From: Laetmonice hystrix
Lineage: Eukaryota
DNA: 64,000 nucleotides
Direction of reading: 5' to 3'
Assembly: GCA_965235115.1 (NCBI GenBank)
Contig: OZ249436.1
Location: 16,184,001-16,248,000, forward strand
Shown here piece by piece: positions 1-10,799 of this stretch (position 1 is its first letter; every line of letters starts with the position of its first letter). A program made the position numbers and the translations under genes. The notes beneath the pieces were generated by a model. The model saw nothing but the letters and a program-made list of their open reading frames with translations, did not search any database and had not been told where the DNA came from.

Positions 1-256
1 TTCATTTGGACAAGAGAAAAATTTTTGGGGTGATCTTGTAATGCCAGGTAACGACTTAGCGATGTCATTAAATACTAGTTACTTTTAAAATGATGTCACT
101 AAGTCGTTATTACCGGTTAATCAATCTCAGTGATATCATTAAGTCACAAAAACACAATAACGAGTTAATGACATTATTTTTAAGTCATTACAAAATTACC
201 ACAAACTTTTTGTCTGAAAAGAATTTTTTTCTTCATGTCCCCAACAGGGCTCCGTA
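1..256. mobile_element. Partial MITE-like element (left end outside window)
   Basis: GGACAAGAGAAAAA near 8 is inverted relative to TTTTTTCTTCATGTCC near 225-240. It ends in GGGCTCCGTA and contains repeated internal GTCATTAA motifs. Confidence 0.4.
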
Positions 257-325
257 ATTTCACATGCACTTCGTACTGGGATCTAGTAATACATATTTTT
301 TATGCATATTTTTTTCATTCATCAG

Positions 326-3300
326 GTTGCAGCACAAACGGGTCATAATGTAACAATGGTTGAGTTGTCTGAAGACATTCTTAACAAAACAAGCACTAAC
401 ATTCAGAAGTCCTTATCTCGAGTTGCGAAGAAGATGTTCGAAAATCAAGAGGTAAGATACAGTACTAGATAATTTTGTTTGTTTGACATGGGTTGCCAAT
501 GATACTGTTCATTCAGCAATTGAGTCTTAGCAGAAAATACAGTGTATGTTAAGAGGCAGTGTGAAATAATTTCTGACCTGTTGAGGAATATGACTGTATG
601 CAGGTGTCATTACTGTTAATTTTTCAAAATCTATTACACTTATCCCAGGAAGGAGGGAAATTTATGGCAGAAACAATGGGTCGGCTGACAATGGAGACAG
701 ATGTTTCAGCTGGTGTGCAGAATGCAGACCTTGTCATTGAAGCCATTGTTGAAAACATTAACATCAAACAGAAGCTTTTTGCAACTCTTGATGAAGCAGC
801 TCCTCAGTAAGTAAATAAATAGAACTACAGTGGAGTCCAGTTATAACGAACATAGTTAACAAATTTCCGCTTATACAGGGTTTCCGCCAGAAAATAATTA
901 ATGGGGGGGGACGGGCGAGCCCGCCGAAGGCGGGCCAGAACGGGGGCTCTGAGGGCCCTCCCCCAGAAAAATTTTGTTCAGGAACTCCGGAGATGCGTTT
1001 TCCTGGCCTCTCAGAGCGAGAATCTTCACTAAATCTTATCTACCACCCAAAAATCCACAATTTTTACGCCAAAAACACAAAATTGGCAGTGACAGCCAAC
1101 AGAATCATACCAACATTTTAAATAAATGCATCATTACAATATTATTCAACATCAGAAGGGAGGATTGTCAGGATTATTCATAGACATTTCGTTGTCGACG
1201 TTGAAACTATGTTCAGATACCTTTAAAAAAAACACTGCTCTGCAGATTGATGGGGGGGATATCCCCCTCATGTCCCAATCATGGGGGGGATAAATCCCCC
1301 CCGTCCCCCCTCTGTATGAAACCCTGTTATATAGTGGAAGTTATTGTCAGGAACAAAATCATTTTCTGTTATGATACTGAAGGCCTTTTCAACCCCAAAA
1401 GTGACAACTTCCCGGCTATATCGAAGTACACCAAGTGGCAACAGACCCCAAGTTGGCAGGCGTAAGCTGCCGGGCTTTTGCCAGCTTTTGCCATCTGATG
1501 GGCTATGGACTGTAGGCTTAGGCCAATCTATCTGGGAAGAGAAGCCATTGCAATTCAGTTTGTATAGAACATTAGTAACCTGGGAGTATGTACCCAGTGT
1601 TCGAATTTGCCCATGGCAACCATTGCCGTGCCTTCTTTGGTCTAACTCTTTTGCTGTGGTGCCATTTTAATTTGGCCTCTATTGGTGGCATTATAATGCT
1701 TTGCCCTTTTCTCCTCTTGCCTGGATGCCCTCCCATTGATTGCATCCATCGTCAGCGATGTCTTAATACTTTCTTAAAAATGTTTTCACTCATAATCGGC
1801 CATGATAATGTGTAGGGTCTGCCTTCTTCTAAAGTCTTCATCATTGATTGGTTTAGGTTTTGGTGGAACTTGCTTAGTGTGATAATCTCTGTCTGTTTTT
1901 CTCTTCCCCCCACAAAAAAATCAATTGGTGATTATAGGCGAGGCCTACCTAGAGAGCAGTCTAGCGGCAGTTATGGACCTTAAGGAATAATGGGGAGATC
2001 CCTTTGGTGCCTGACTGAAACAGGCATCACCCTCTTAGAATTTCTCCATGATAACCAATTTTTTCCTCCGTCCCAAGTACTTTGTTATAACTGGACTCCA
2101 CTTTAATAGTTAATCATGATTTATGCCTAGGCCTAATGGTCTTTTTTGAGGAATTTTATCAAGTTCCATTGTTATCAGATATTAGTTTTAAAATATTATT
2201 GAAACTTTTGAATTGCTGTATTTTCAATTGATTAAATTGATCCGATAAAATCTCTCTCCCAAGGAGCACAATATTTGTGAGCAACACATCCTCTCTTCCA
2301 ATTGCTGCGATTGCAGCAGCAACCAAAAGACCAGACCGTGTCTCAGGCCTGCATTTCTTTAACCCAGTGCCTGTCATGAAACTTGTAGAGGTATGTGCTT
2401 TTCTATTTTTGGGAGGGGGGGGGGGTAGACTTGCTTGTAAAAAAAATTCCTGTTGATATCTTCTAACTTCATTAAATCAGGGATACTAAAATATTGTCCA
2501 GTCAATATCCCAAATATCATCAGGTGGTGAAGACATCTGAGACAAGTGAAGACACCACAAAAGCCCTTCAGGAATTTGCTCGAAAGATGGGGAAAACATC
2601 TGTCCAGGCAAAGGTAAGCAGCAAGTATATTGGTAACACTTAACCCAAGAGATTTTTCAGGAAATATTATCTTAAAAGTTAAGGGGAATAGTTACAAAGT
2701 TGAAAGGTATAACCTTATAAAGTATACCAATGATTTTGCTTTACAGACCTGACTGAAATTAATTTGTTGAAATTTTATTCTATGTTTAAGGATACACCAG
2801 GCTTCATTGTGAACCGTCTCTTAGTGCCTTACATTATGGAGTCAATTAGAATGTTGGAGAGAGGCAAGTTAAAAACCTTTTTTGGATCAACAAATCTGTA
2901 TGGTTCTGCAACATTAGGTTCAGTATTATCATAATAGCATTCTGCGACAATGACTTAATGATCAGTCCAAAGACCGTGATGTTTGGACAAAGGCATGCTG
3001 TCAAGATGGGGTCTACAAGTAATTTCCAGCATGTAGTGTTAGTAGAAACTGATGTTCCCGGCACAAAACTGCATCCTGAAGGCCTTGATAGGTATTTCAA
3101 CACACAGATTAAGAGCTAGCTGGCAGTGTGCTGCATGTCTTTGTCCGAGTATTTGAATTGTGCACAAAAACTGTGACGTTGTGTTTCTATAATTATTAGT
3201 ATTGTCGCGGACGCTATTCTTTCTGTAGATTGTACTCTTCAAGAAGAGATTTTCTTTCTGAGAGAAAGGTCCTAAGGGTCAGGTGCAGCATACAAACTTA

Positions 3301-6300
3301 TTTGCACTTTGTTAAACATAAACATGCTTTGTTATGTATTAGAAAAGTACAAATGATTTATGACCTAAGAGGCTGGGCTATTTACGTCTTGAACTAAGGT
3401 GATGCCACCAAGGAAGACATTGACGTTGCTATGAAGTTGGGGGCTGGTGTTCCAATGGGACCAGTTGGTCTCGCCGACTATTGTGGCCTTGATATAACAA
3501 AGTTTGTCAATGATGGTACAGTTAACCGTTAATGAAATCTAATTTAAGATGGCATACAATATATCCCTCAAGGGTAGAAAAATCCAACTTTTGGCCACAA
3601 GCCCGGAGTCGTGTTGTGGGCAAAAACGCATTACGTCGGACTAGTTTAATGCATTTGCTTGGGTCTTGGGGGCAGTCCGACCTGAAATAACGCTAGTCCT
3701 GGGCATCGAAGTACCGGATTTTTCTACCCCTGTCCGTTCCTCCTCTTCTACATCCAAAGTTGAATATGTACAGTTTCCCCCCACTGCTTCTATACTAAGT
3801 TACCAATATTTGTCACTAGGGGTCGCTAGCAAGGAAGACATCGACACTGCAATGAAGCTAGGGTCTGGTGTACCAATGGGACCGATCACCTTGGCCGACT
3901 ATGTTGGACTTGACACATTGAAATTTATCAATGATGGTAGACTACACTATATTTTTCAGCATTATTTTCTTTCTGAACAGTTTTTAACAGATTTTGACTG
4001 GAGTAACTTTTTTTTATTGGCTCTGTGCCTTTCTACTTAACTCAGGTACAGTAATTTGTGTGGAGTGACATAGTCTCTTATCACATAAGATGCAATTAAG
4101 GAGGTTCGAGGGTATTTTCGAAATTATTGATATCCGCCTGATTTTTTCACAGTTTGTAGTCCTTACGATGCAGGTTTGAAATCTAAATTTTTTTAGGGGG
4201 TTTCCCGAGTTAGTTTTTTTTCTAAAAAATAAAAAAGATGGAGAAATGTTTACTATGGCCGCCTATGGGAAATCAAGGTTTTTTCAAGCATTTTGTCCAT
4301 TTTTATTGATAAATTAATTTTAGAAATGGCTTAAACTGCAGTATATTATAATTCAAAGGGTATACTTCGTAAAAAGAAAAAAGGGGGTCCCCGACTTAAT
4401 TTTTGAGCTATACGCCCCTGAAGTGACAGCCCCGCGTGATGTGCGCGTTGCTCTGGGCCGGGCCGTCTGGGGCTCTCCCGGGACCCTGATGTAGGCGTAT
4501 CCCGGCGTTAACACGCGTAGGCTATAAGGAGGCGCGCCATGTACTCAAACTTTGCACTAGCTTTAGCTCATAATTATGAACCTTTGTATATGTGACAGTT
4601 TGATAACGATTCATAGCCGAGTTTATGAAAAATTTCGAGTTCAAAATGAGTGTGTGTCAGCAGCGGTATAGCGATGGCAGCTGCCCTCTCGCTGGGACGG
4701 CCACACCGCTGGCACCACTGTCCGCCCCCCTCCTGGTCGGCCACGTAAACAGTGTCGTAATGCAGACAACTCACACGGAAAACCAAATTTTAATCATCAG
4801 AAATACTTTTCTTACAGTTACTGAGAAGTACTGTATAAGAATTTTACCAAACAAACTATAAAATATGGATAGGCAGCATGTCGTAAAATGTTGCTGAGCA
4901 GAGCCCGAAGTTGGCAGCTGAGAAATACACTCGAACCTCCTTATAGTGATTGGATGATCTGAATACAGAATACTCAGTAGTACAGTAAACCCTTTCAAAT
5001 TATAACATTAACTTTGGATATTATTTGGTACTCAAACAAAAACATAACATGAATAATCACAGAATGTTCTCCTTTCGCATGATCTTTGACCTGACATGTT
5101 ATTGCTTGCATGTCATCAGTCATGTGTGTCCTTTAGCACTGCAATTTGAAGTCGATAGCATCAAATGCATTACTTTGAAACAAATTGACTGACTGAATCA
5201 ATTCTAATTAGGCAATAATTTGATTTTAAAATACAACTAAGGCAGTGTTTTTATATTTTATATTAAGCAAACAACTGTTATTTGAAAAAATTTCTGTTTG
5301 AAAGGAGTGATAACAACATGGATTCAACTAATGTGAAGTTTACTGTACTGAGTCATTACTAGCATGGTTAGATACCTCAGAACAAAGTCCTCGCAACACT
5401 GTCAGACCTTGTTAATCCCTACTTCTTTAATCCGTATACCTCACAATCCGAACACACTTTCTAGTAACTGCTTCTACCATTTTCTATTTATAGAGTAGCC
5501 TCAGTGATTTCCTTTAAACTCTCCTTGTTGTCACTATATCAAAGATTTACTTTAAAAAAATCATTATACAGACGCCCGTATCTGTGGACTGCATTGTATA
5601 GTAGAGGGTGTACTTCTGGCTGGGGATGCTTAGAATCGAAGTTGAGATGTCACAAGTCAAGATGCACAGCCTGGCGTAGAGAAGCATTGTCCATGACAGT
5701 CAAGTAGATTTTACTCTTGCTTCTGAATGATCAATGTTCTTCTGAGGCCTTAGGGTGGAATTATTCTGTAACTTTGGCTGTAACCAATCAAGTACAGAGA
5801 CATAGCCATACCAAGGCATAACATGTTAGTCTGAAGCCAGCCTATCCTCTGTAGACTGTTTTTACTGTAGAGTTTAGTTTTGACAGTGGAAGCACGTCAT
5901 CACTCAGACTCATCTAGAGAAATGTGGGCAGGCCGGACAGGGAGATTTTTGAAAAATAAATATTAAAAAAAGAACAAGAAAATGATGCTGTTCCCACTAG
6001 GCCTAAGTGATTGAATGCAAAACTTTGACAGAGCCTAGGCCTACCTGCACTGCAGCTCGGTTAGCTGTCAGTAGCCAGGCCGTGCATCACGTGGCGCTCG
6101 CTAGGCCTGCATAAGAGAGGGGTTCAGGAAAGCCGACACTGAAACACTGTTCCTGACAATTCAAATTCGGTACATAGGCCCATGTTTTGACTTTTGGGTT
6201 TTTAAATCGGCGTGCTGGGAACTGCAGTGGGCAGAATGCAACTACGTCACCGGGGCAAAGCTTAGGGCCATCTCAGCCAGTTCCATTTTTGACTGGTTTC

Positions 6301-6803
6301 ATGCACTGACCTTATAAAATAGAGGATATACGGCTTCTGTATAATGATTATAGCCAGTATAGGCAGAGGAACTCAAGCCTCAGCCTGAGCACTACCCCAG
6401 TGTCACGCAATAATTCCTAGATCCACCGATAAGTATTCACCAGTAATTAAGATCGACTTTATGTATTTAACAAGCAAATGCAGATTTGAAGTATAAAAGT
6501 GTGTATGTGGCAATGATATTATATTGTGTGTAATGGTTGTTACTTAATTTTATCTCGGTCTTTTTTCTAATATCTGTCTTTTTTCTAATAACTGTTGAAA
6601 ACATTGGATGTAAACTTAGAGATTTATGCAGCAGTAACCCAGTATAATGAATTGTATTTCTCAGGTGCTACATTTATTCTTTAGGTTGGCATGAGAGTTA
6701 CCCTGACCAGCAGCTCTTTGAACCATGTGAACTCCTTAACAAGGTAGTTGCTGAAGGTAAACTTGGCATAAAGAGTGGCGAAGGCTTCTACAGCTACAAA
6801 TAA
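326..6803 (+). CDS. HADH: Mitochondrial short/medium-chain 3-hydroxyacyl-CoA dehydrogenase, 5'-partial
   Basis: Exons 326-451, 649-806, 2264-2390, 2524-2613, 2791-2863, [3399-3515 or 3820-3936], 6685-6803 (TAA), with consistent phases. Motifs: [34 protein letters not shown] (catalytic His/Glu), [15 protein letters not shown], DIDxAMKLG.G.PMGP, GKLG.KSGEGFY. The GxGxxG exon lies upstream of the window. Confidence 0.96.
828..2103. mobile_element. Tc1/mariner(pogo)-type non-autonomous element in a HADH intron
   Basis: TA-CAGTGGAGTCCAGTTATAAC at 826-847 and its inverse GTTATAACTGGACTCCACTT-TA ending at 2105, with a TA target duplication. Confidence 0.75.
876..1326. mobile_element. MITE nested in the previous element (CAGGG ends, hAT-like)
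   Basis: TIRs CAGGGTTTC / GAAACCCTG flanked by the direct repeat TTATA (871-875, 1327-1331), with internal G/C-run hairpins. Confidence 0.7.
3399..3515 (+). CDS. HADH: HADH alternative exon copy A (117 nt, phase 1-1)
   Basis: ctaag|GT GAT GCC ... AAT GAT G|gtacag, encoding [39 protein letters not shown] with no stop or indel. Confidence 0.9.
3571..3731. mobile_element. ~160-bp foldback/MITE between HADH exons A and B
   Basis: AGGGTAGAAAAATCC is inverted relative to GGATTTTTCTACCCCT, with an inner pair GTCGGACT / AGTCCGAC. Confidence 0.6.
3820..3936 (+). CDS. HADH: HADH alternative exon copy B (117 nt, phase 1-1)
   Basis: cactag|GG GTC GCT ... AAT GAT G|gtagac, encoding [40 protein letters not shown] branch-point-like TACTAAG lies at 3793-3799. 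Confidence 0.9.
4096..4760. repeat. Probable DNA-transposon relic (TTAA-GG start, Kolobok-like) in the last HADH intron; right end not found
   Basis: Starts TTAAGGAGG, has two related internal motifs GGGGT(T/C)(T/C)CCGA(G/C)TTA, and a CpG-rich interior unlike the host intron. Confidence 0.3.
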
Positions 6804-7779
6804 TGCAAGTATAACATAGCAGGTATGCAGATTGGCATTGATTTACTATTACATTTTGTTATTTTATTAGTAGACTCTAAGACCTACCTGTATACCAGTA
6901 AGAAAAGCCATATTGTGATCTTGTGAGAAATTCATTATCCATTCATAATGGAAGTTCTCCAGATATTATGTGCAATACACAAGATTCCATCCCTGAATAT
7001 GTGTCGTACTTTTTTTTTTAATTTATGTAAGTTTGCACACTTTGTTCATATTTATAACACCCTAGTTACTTCTTTCAGGCTGTGATTGATAGTTCTGGAT
7101 TGTCAACATCCAGCAAGCCAACACGAACTGCCCGAAATGATTCCAGGGCAACACAGTGCACATGATAGAATGAAGTGTATGGGAGTGGAATTTTCGAGCA
7201 TATGCAATAATTGAGACCAAAAGAGACATATAAGCCGGTATGTTTGCTGAAGGACAGCAGAATCCACTTTTACATCTTATTTAGCCACAGGGTTTTGTGG
7301 ACATGACAATAAAAATTGAAATGTTATTGTGAAGAACGAAATCGAAAGACTTGTTCTCTTTCATCTTCCACAACTTCCCCACTATCCTGAAAAACTGGCC
7401 AGCCTTTATCCTGACTGAATAAAAAATTTCTGTACCTAGGGTATAGGTGATCATGCATCTTGATGCAAATCGTGCGCCTCAGTGAGACTTTTCAAAAATT
7501 TATTATCAAGTCAAAATGCCCTCTTCAATAAGTGTAAATTTACACAGCTAATTTTTGGTCATAGCCAGGGTTGGGGGGGGGTTCCAAAGTATCTACTTAT
7601 GAAGTATCCGAGTGTTGTGTTATTGCAGGGTGGAGGGGGGATAAAATTGTCCACAGTTCAAGTCGAGGTCAAATCAGTTGGGTGCACTACATGTACTGCA
7701 CATTCTTGCGACAATTCTATAAAAGATGTCAACATCTCTTTCCAAACAATCTAAGCATTAGTCGTTTACCTGGTCCAGA

Positions 7780-10770
7780 CGTTTGACAATTATACATCTG
7801 GCCTAACAATCATAATTTTGGGGGCATAGTTTTAAATTGACGTATAAAAATGAAGCCATTTTTCGCTTATCATTGCATAAACCTGTCTCTCCCATAAGCG
7901 CCACAGGTGCCTGCCAGCCCGGCCAGGTATACGTGGTGATTCCACCGGTAGCCGGAAGGGGTACAACGTCATTTGCCATTGTTAATTAAACCTTTACGGT
8001 AAACAACCATTGGCACTACCTGACAACGTTGTCGCACGCTTACAGATGGTCTGTAGAGGACACAGATGAGATGGGAGTAAATGATAGACGAAACGTATGG
8101 CCTGCCTCCTGGACAATAAAAGCATGGAAACCTGAAACATGAGGCATCCCTATACTACTGGCTACGGTTGTATACAAGCAAACAGTACAGTGAGGCCAAA
8201 GAGTACAGGAAGGCCAAAGAGTACAGTGAGGGATCCCCACTGGCTTGCCTAGTACCCAAGCAAACACTAGAGTGAGGCCAAACAGTACAGTGAGGCCGAA
8301 CAGTAGGCTATACTGTCAGGCCAAGCAGTATGGGAGGCCAAAGAGTACAGTAAGGAGTCCCTACATCTTACCAGTTGGCCTACTACCCATGCAAACAGTA
8401 CAGTGAGGTAGTGGAAATGAAAGGTACAGGCGAGGAGCATCTAATGTTAAAATTTGGAGAAGATACTCAAATGGGAAGTATACATGTCACAACCATTTAT
8501 CTGTAGCGAACGTACGAGACCTATACGTTTGACAATTATACATCTGGCCTAACAATCATAATTTTGGGGGCGTAGTTTCAAATTGACGCATCAAAAATGA
8601 AGCCATTTTTCGCTTATCATTGCATAAACCTGTCTCTCCCATAAGCGCCACAGGTGCCTGCCAGCCCGGCCAGGTATACGTGGTGATTCCACCGGTAGCC
8701 GGAAGGTAGCAGTGCAATCGCAGCCGCCGGTTCAGCACAGCACCCTGGCGGTTGCCTGCAACATCTCTGTAATCGTTTTTTACTTGGAGATGGGATAGCC
8801 TATCTGATATAGGAAAGGGGTACAACGTCATTTGCCATTGTTAATTAAACCTTTACGGTAAACAGCCATTGGCACTACCTGACGACGTTGTCGCACGCTT
8901 ACAGATGGTCCGTAGGGGACACAGAAGAGATGGAAGTAAATGATAGACGAAACGTATGGCCTGCCTCCTGGACAATAAAAGCATGGAAACCTGAAACATG
9001 AGGCATCCCTATATACTGGCTACGGTTGTATACAAGCAAACAGTACAGTGAGGCCAAAGAGTACAGTAAGGAGTCCCTACATCTTACCAGTTGGCCTACT
9101 ACCCATGCAAACAGTACAGTGAGGTAGTGGAAATGAAAGGTACAGGCGAGGAGCATCTAATGTTAAAATTTGGAGAAGATACTCAAATGGGAAGTATACA
9201 TGTCACAACCATTTATCTGTAGCGAACGTACGAGACCTATACGTTTGACAATTATACATCTGGCCTAACAATCATAATTTTGGGGGCGTAGTTTCAAATT
9301 GACGCATCAAAAATGAAGCCATTTTTCGCTTATCATTGCATAAACCTGTCTCTCCCATAAGCGCCACAGGTGCCTGCCAGCCCGGCCAGGTATACGTGGT
9401 GATTCCACCGGTAGCCGGAAGGTAGCAGTGCAATCACAGCCGCCGGTTCAGCACAGCACCCTGGCGGTTGCCTGCAACATCTCTGTAATCGTTTTTTACT
9501 TGGAGATGGGATATCTGATATAGGAAAGGGGTACAACGTCATTTGCCATTGTTAATTAAACCTTTACGGTAAACAGCCATTGGCACTACCTGACGACGTT
9601 GTCGCACGCTTACAGATGGTCCGTAGGGGACACAGAAGAGATGGAAGTAAATGATAGACGAAACGTATGGCCTGCCTCCTGGACAATAAAAGCATGGAAA
9701 CCTGAAACATGAGGCATCCCTATATACTGGCTACGGTTGTATACAAGCAAACAGTACAGTGAGGCCAAAGAGTACAGGAAGGAGTCCCTACATCTTACCA
9801 GTTGGCCTACTACCCATGCAAACAGTACAGTGAGGTAGTGGAAATGAAAGGTACAGGCGAGGAGCCTCTAATTGTAAAATTTGGAGAAGATACTCAAATG
9901 GGAAGTATACATATCAGAACTATTTATCTGTAGCGAACGTACGAGACCTATACGTTTGACAATTATACATCTGGCCTAACAATCATAATTTTGGGGGCGT
10001 AGTTCCAAATTGACGTATCAAAAATGAAGCCATTTGTCGCTTATCATTGCATAAACCTGTCTCTCCCCTAAGCGCCACAGGTGCCTGCCAGTCCGGCCAG
10101 GTATACGTGGTGATTCCACCGGTAGCTGGAAGGTGGCAGTGCAATCGCAGCCGCCGGTTCAGCACAACACCCTGGCGGTTGCCTGCAACATCTCTGTAAT
10201 CGTTTTTTACTTGGGGATGGGATATCTGATATAGGAAAGGGATACAACGTCCCTTGCCATTGTTAATTAAACCTTTACGGCAAACAGCCATTGGCACTAC
10301 CTGACAACGTTGTCGCACGCTTACAGATGGTCTGTAGGGGACACAGATGAGATGGAAGTAAATGATAGACGAAACGTATGGCCTGCCTCCTGGACAATAA
10401 AGGCATGGAAACATGAAACATGAGGCTTCCCTATACTACTGGCTACTGTTGTATACAGGCATATAGTACAGTGAGGCCAAAGAGTACAGGAAGGCCAAAC
10501 AGTACAGTGAAGAATCCCCACAAGGAACTGGCTGGCCTAGTACCCAAGCAAACCCTACAGTGAGGCCAAACAGTACAGTGAGGCCAAACAGTATACTGTG
10601 ACAATCGGCTTTTTTTACTTCGGGATGGGATATCTGATATAGGAAAGGCGTACAACGTCATTTGCCATTGTTAATTAAACTTTTACGACAAACACCCATT
10701 GGCACTACCTGACAACGTTGTCGCACGCTTACAGATGGGCTGTAGGGGACACAGATGAGATGAGAGTAAA
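7780..10770. repeat. Tandem array of ~715-bp units (4 units plus a partial fifth) between the convergent HADH and BMS1 3' ends
   Basis: GTTTGACAATTATACATCTGGCC recurs at 7781, 8527, 9243 and 9954 (periods 746, 716, 711). Units carry variable numbers of a ~20-bp AAA(C/G)AGTACAGTGAGGCC subrepeat. A partial unit spans about 10600-10770. Confidence 0.97.
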
Positions 10771-10799
10771 AAAAGACCAGAGCCGGTGGGGTGGGGGGG

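Noticed and set aside
974..2103. Short ORFs from the ORF track inside introns and MITEs (here and throughout the window)
   Set aside because: They have no recognisable motifs or compatible splice phases. Many are antisense shadows of real exons or lie in repeats.
3399..3936. Second HADH gene or processed pseudogene as the explanation for the duplicated segment
   Set aside because: Only one exon is duplicated, both copies have their own splice sites, and the neighbouring exons are single.
8555..8600. Sm-site-like ATAATTTTGG suggesting an SL or U snRNA gene in the repeat unit
   Set aside because: The U-run is itself base-paired in a hairpin with CAAAAAT, there is no convincing upstream splice donor, and there is no further U1/SL similarity.
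8878..8960. Hammerhead core (CTGACGA ... GAAA) in the satellite
   Set aside because: Stems I-III could not be built, and three of five copies read CTGACAA.
7780..10770. CRISPR array, or coding ORFs in the tandem repeat
   Set aside because: The context is eukaryotic, there are no unique spacers or cas genes, and the ORFs change frame and length between units.
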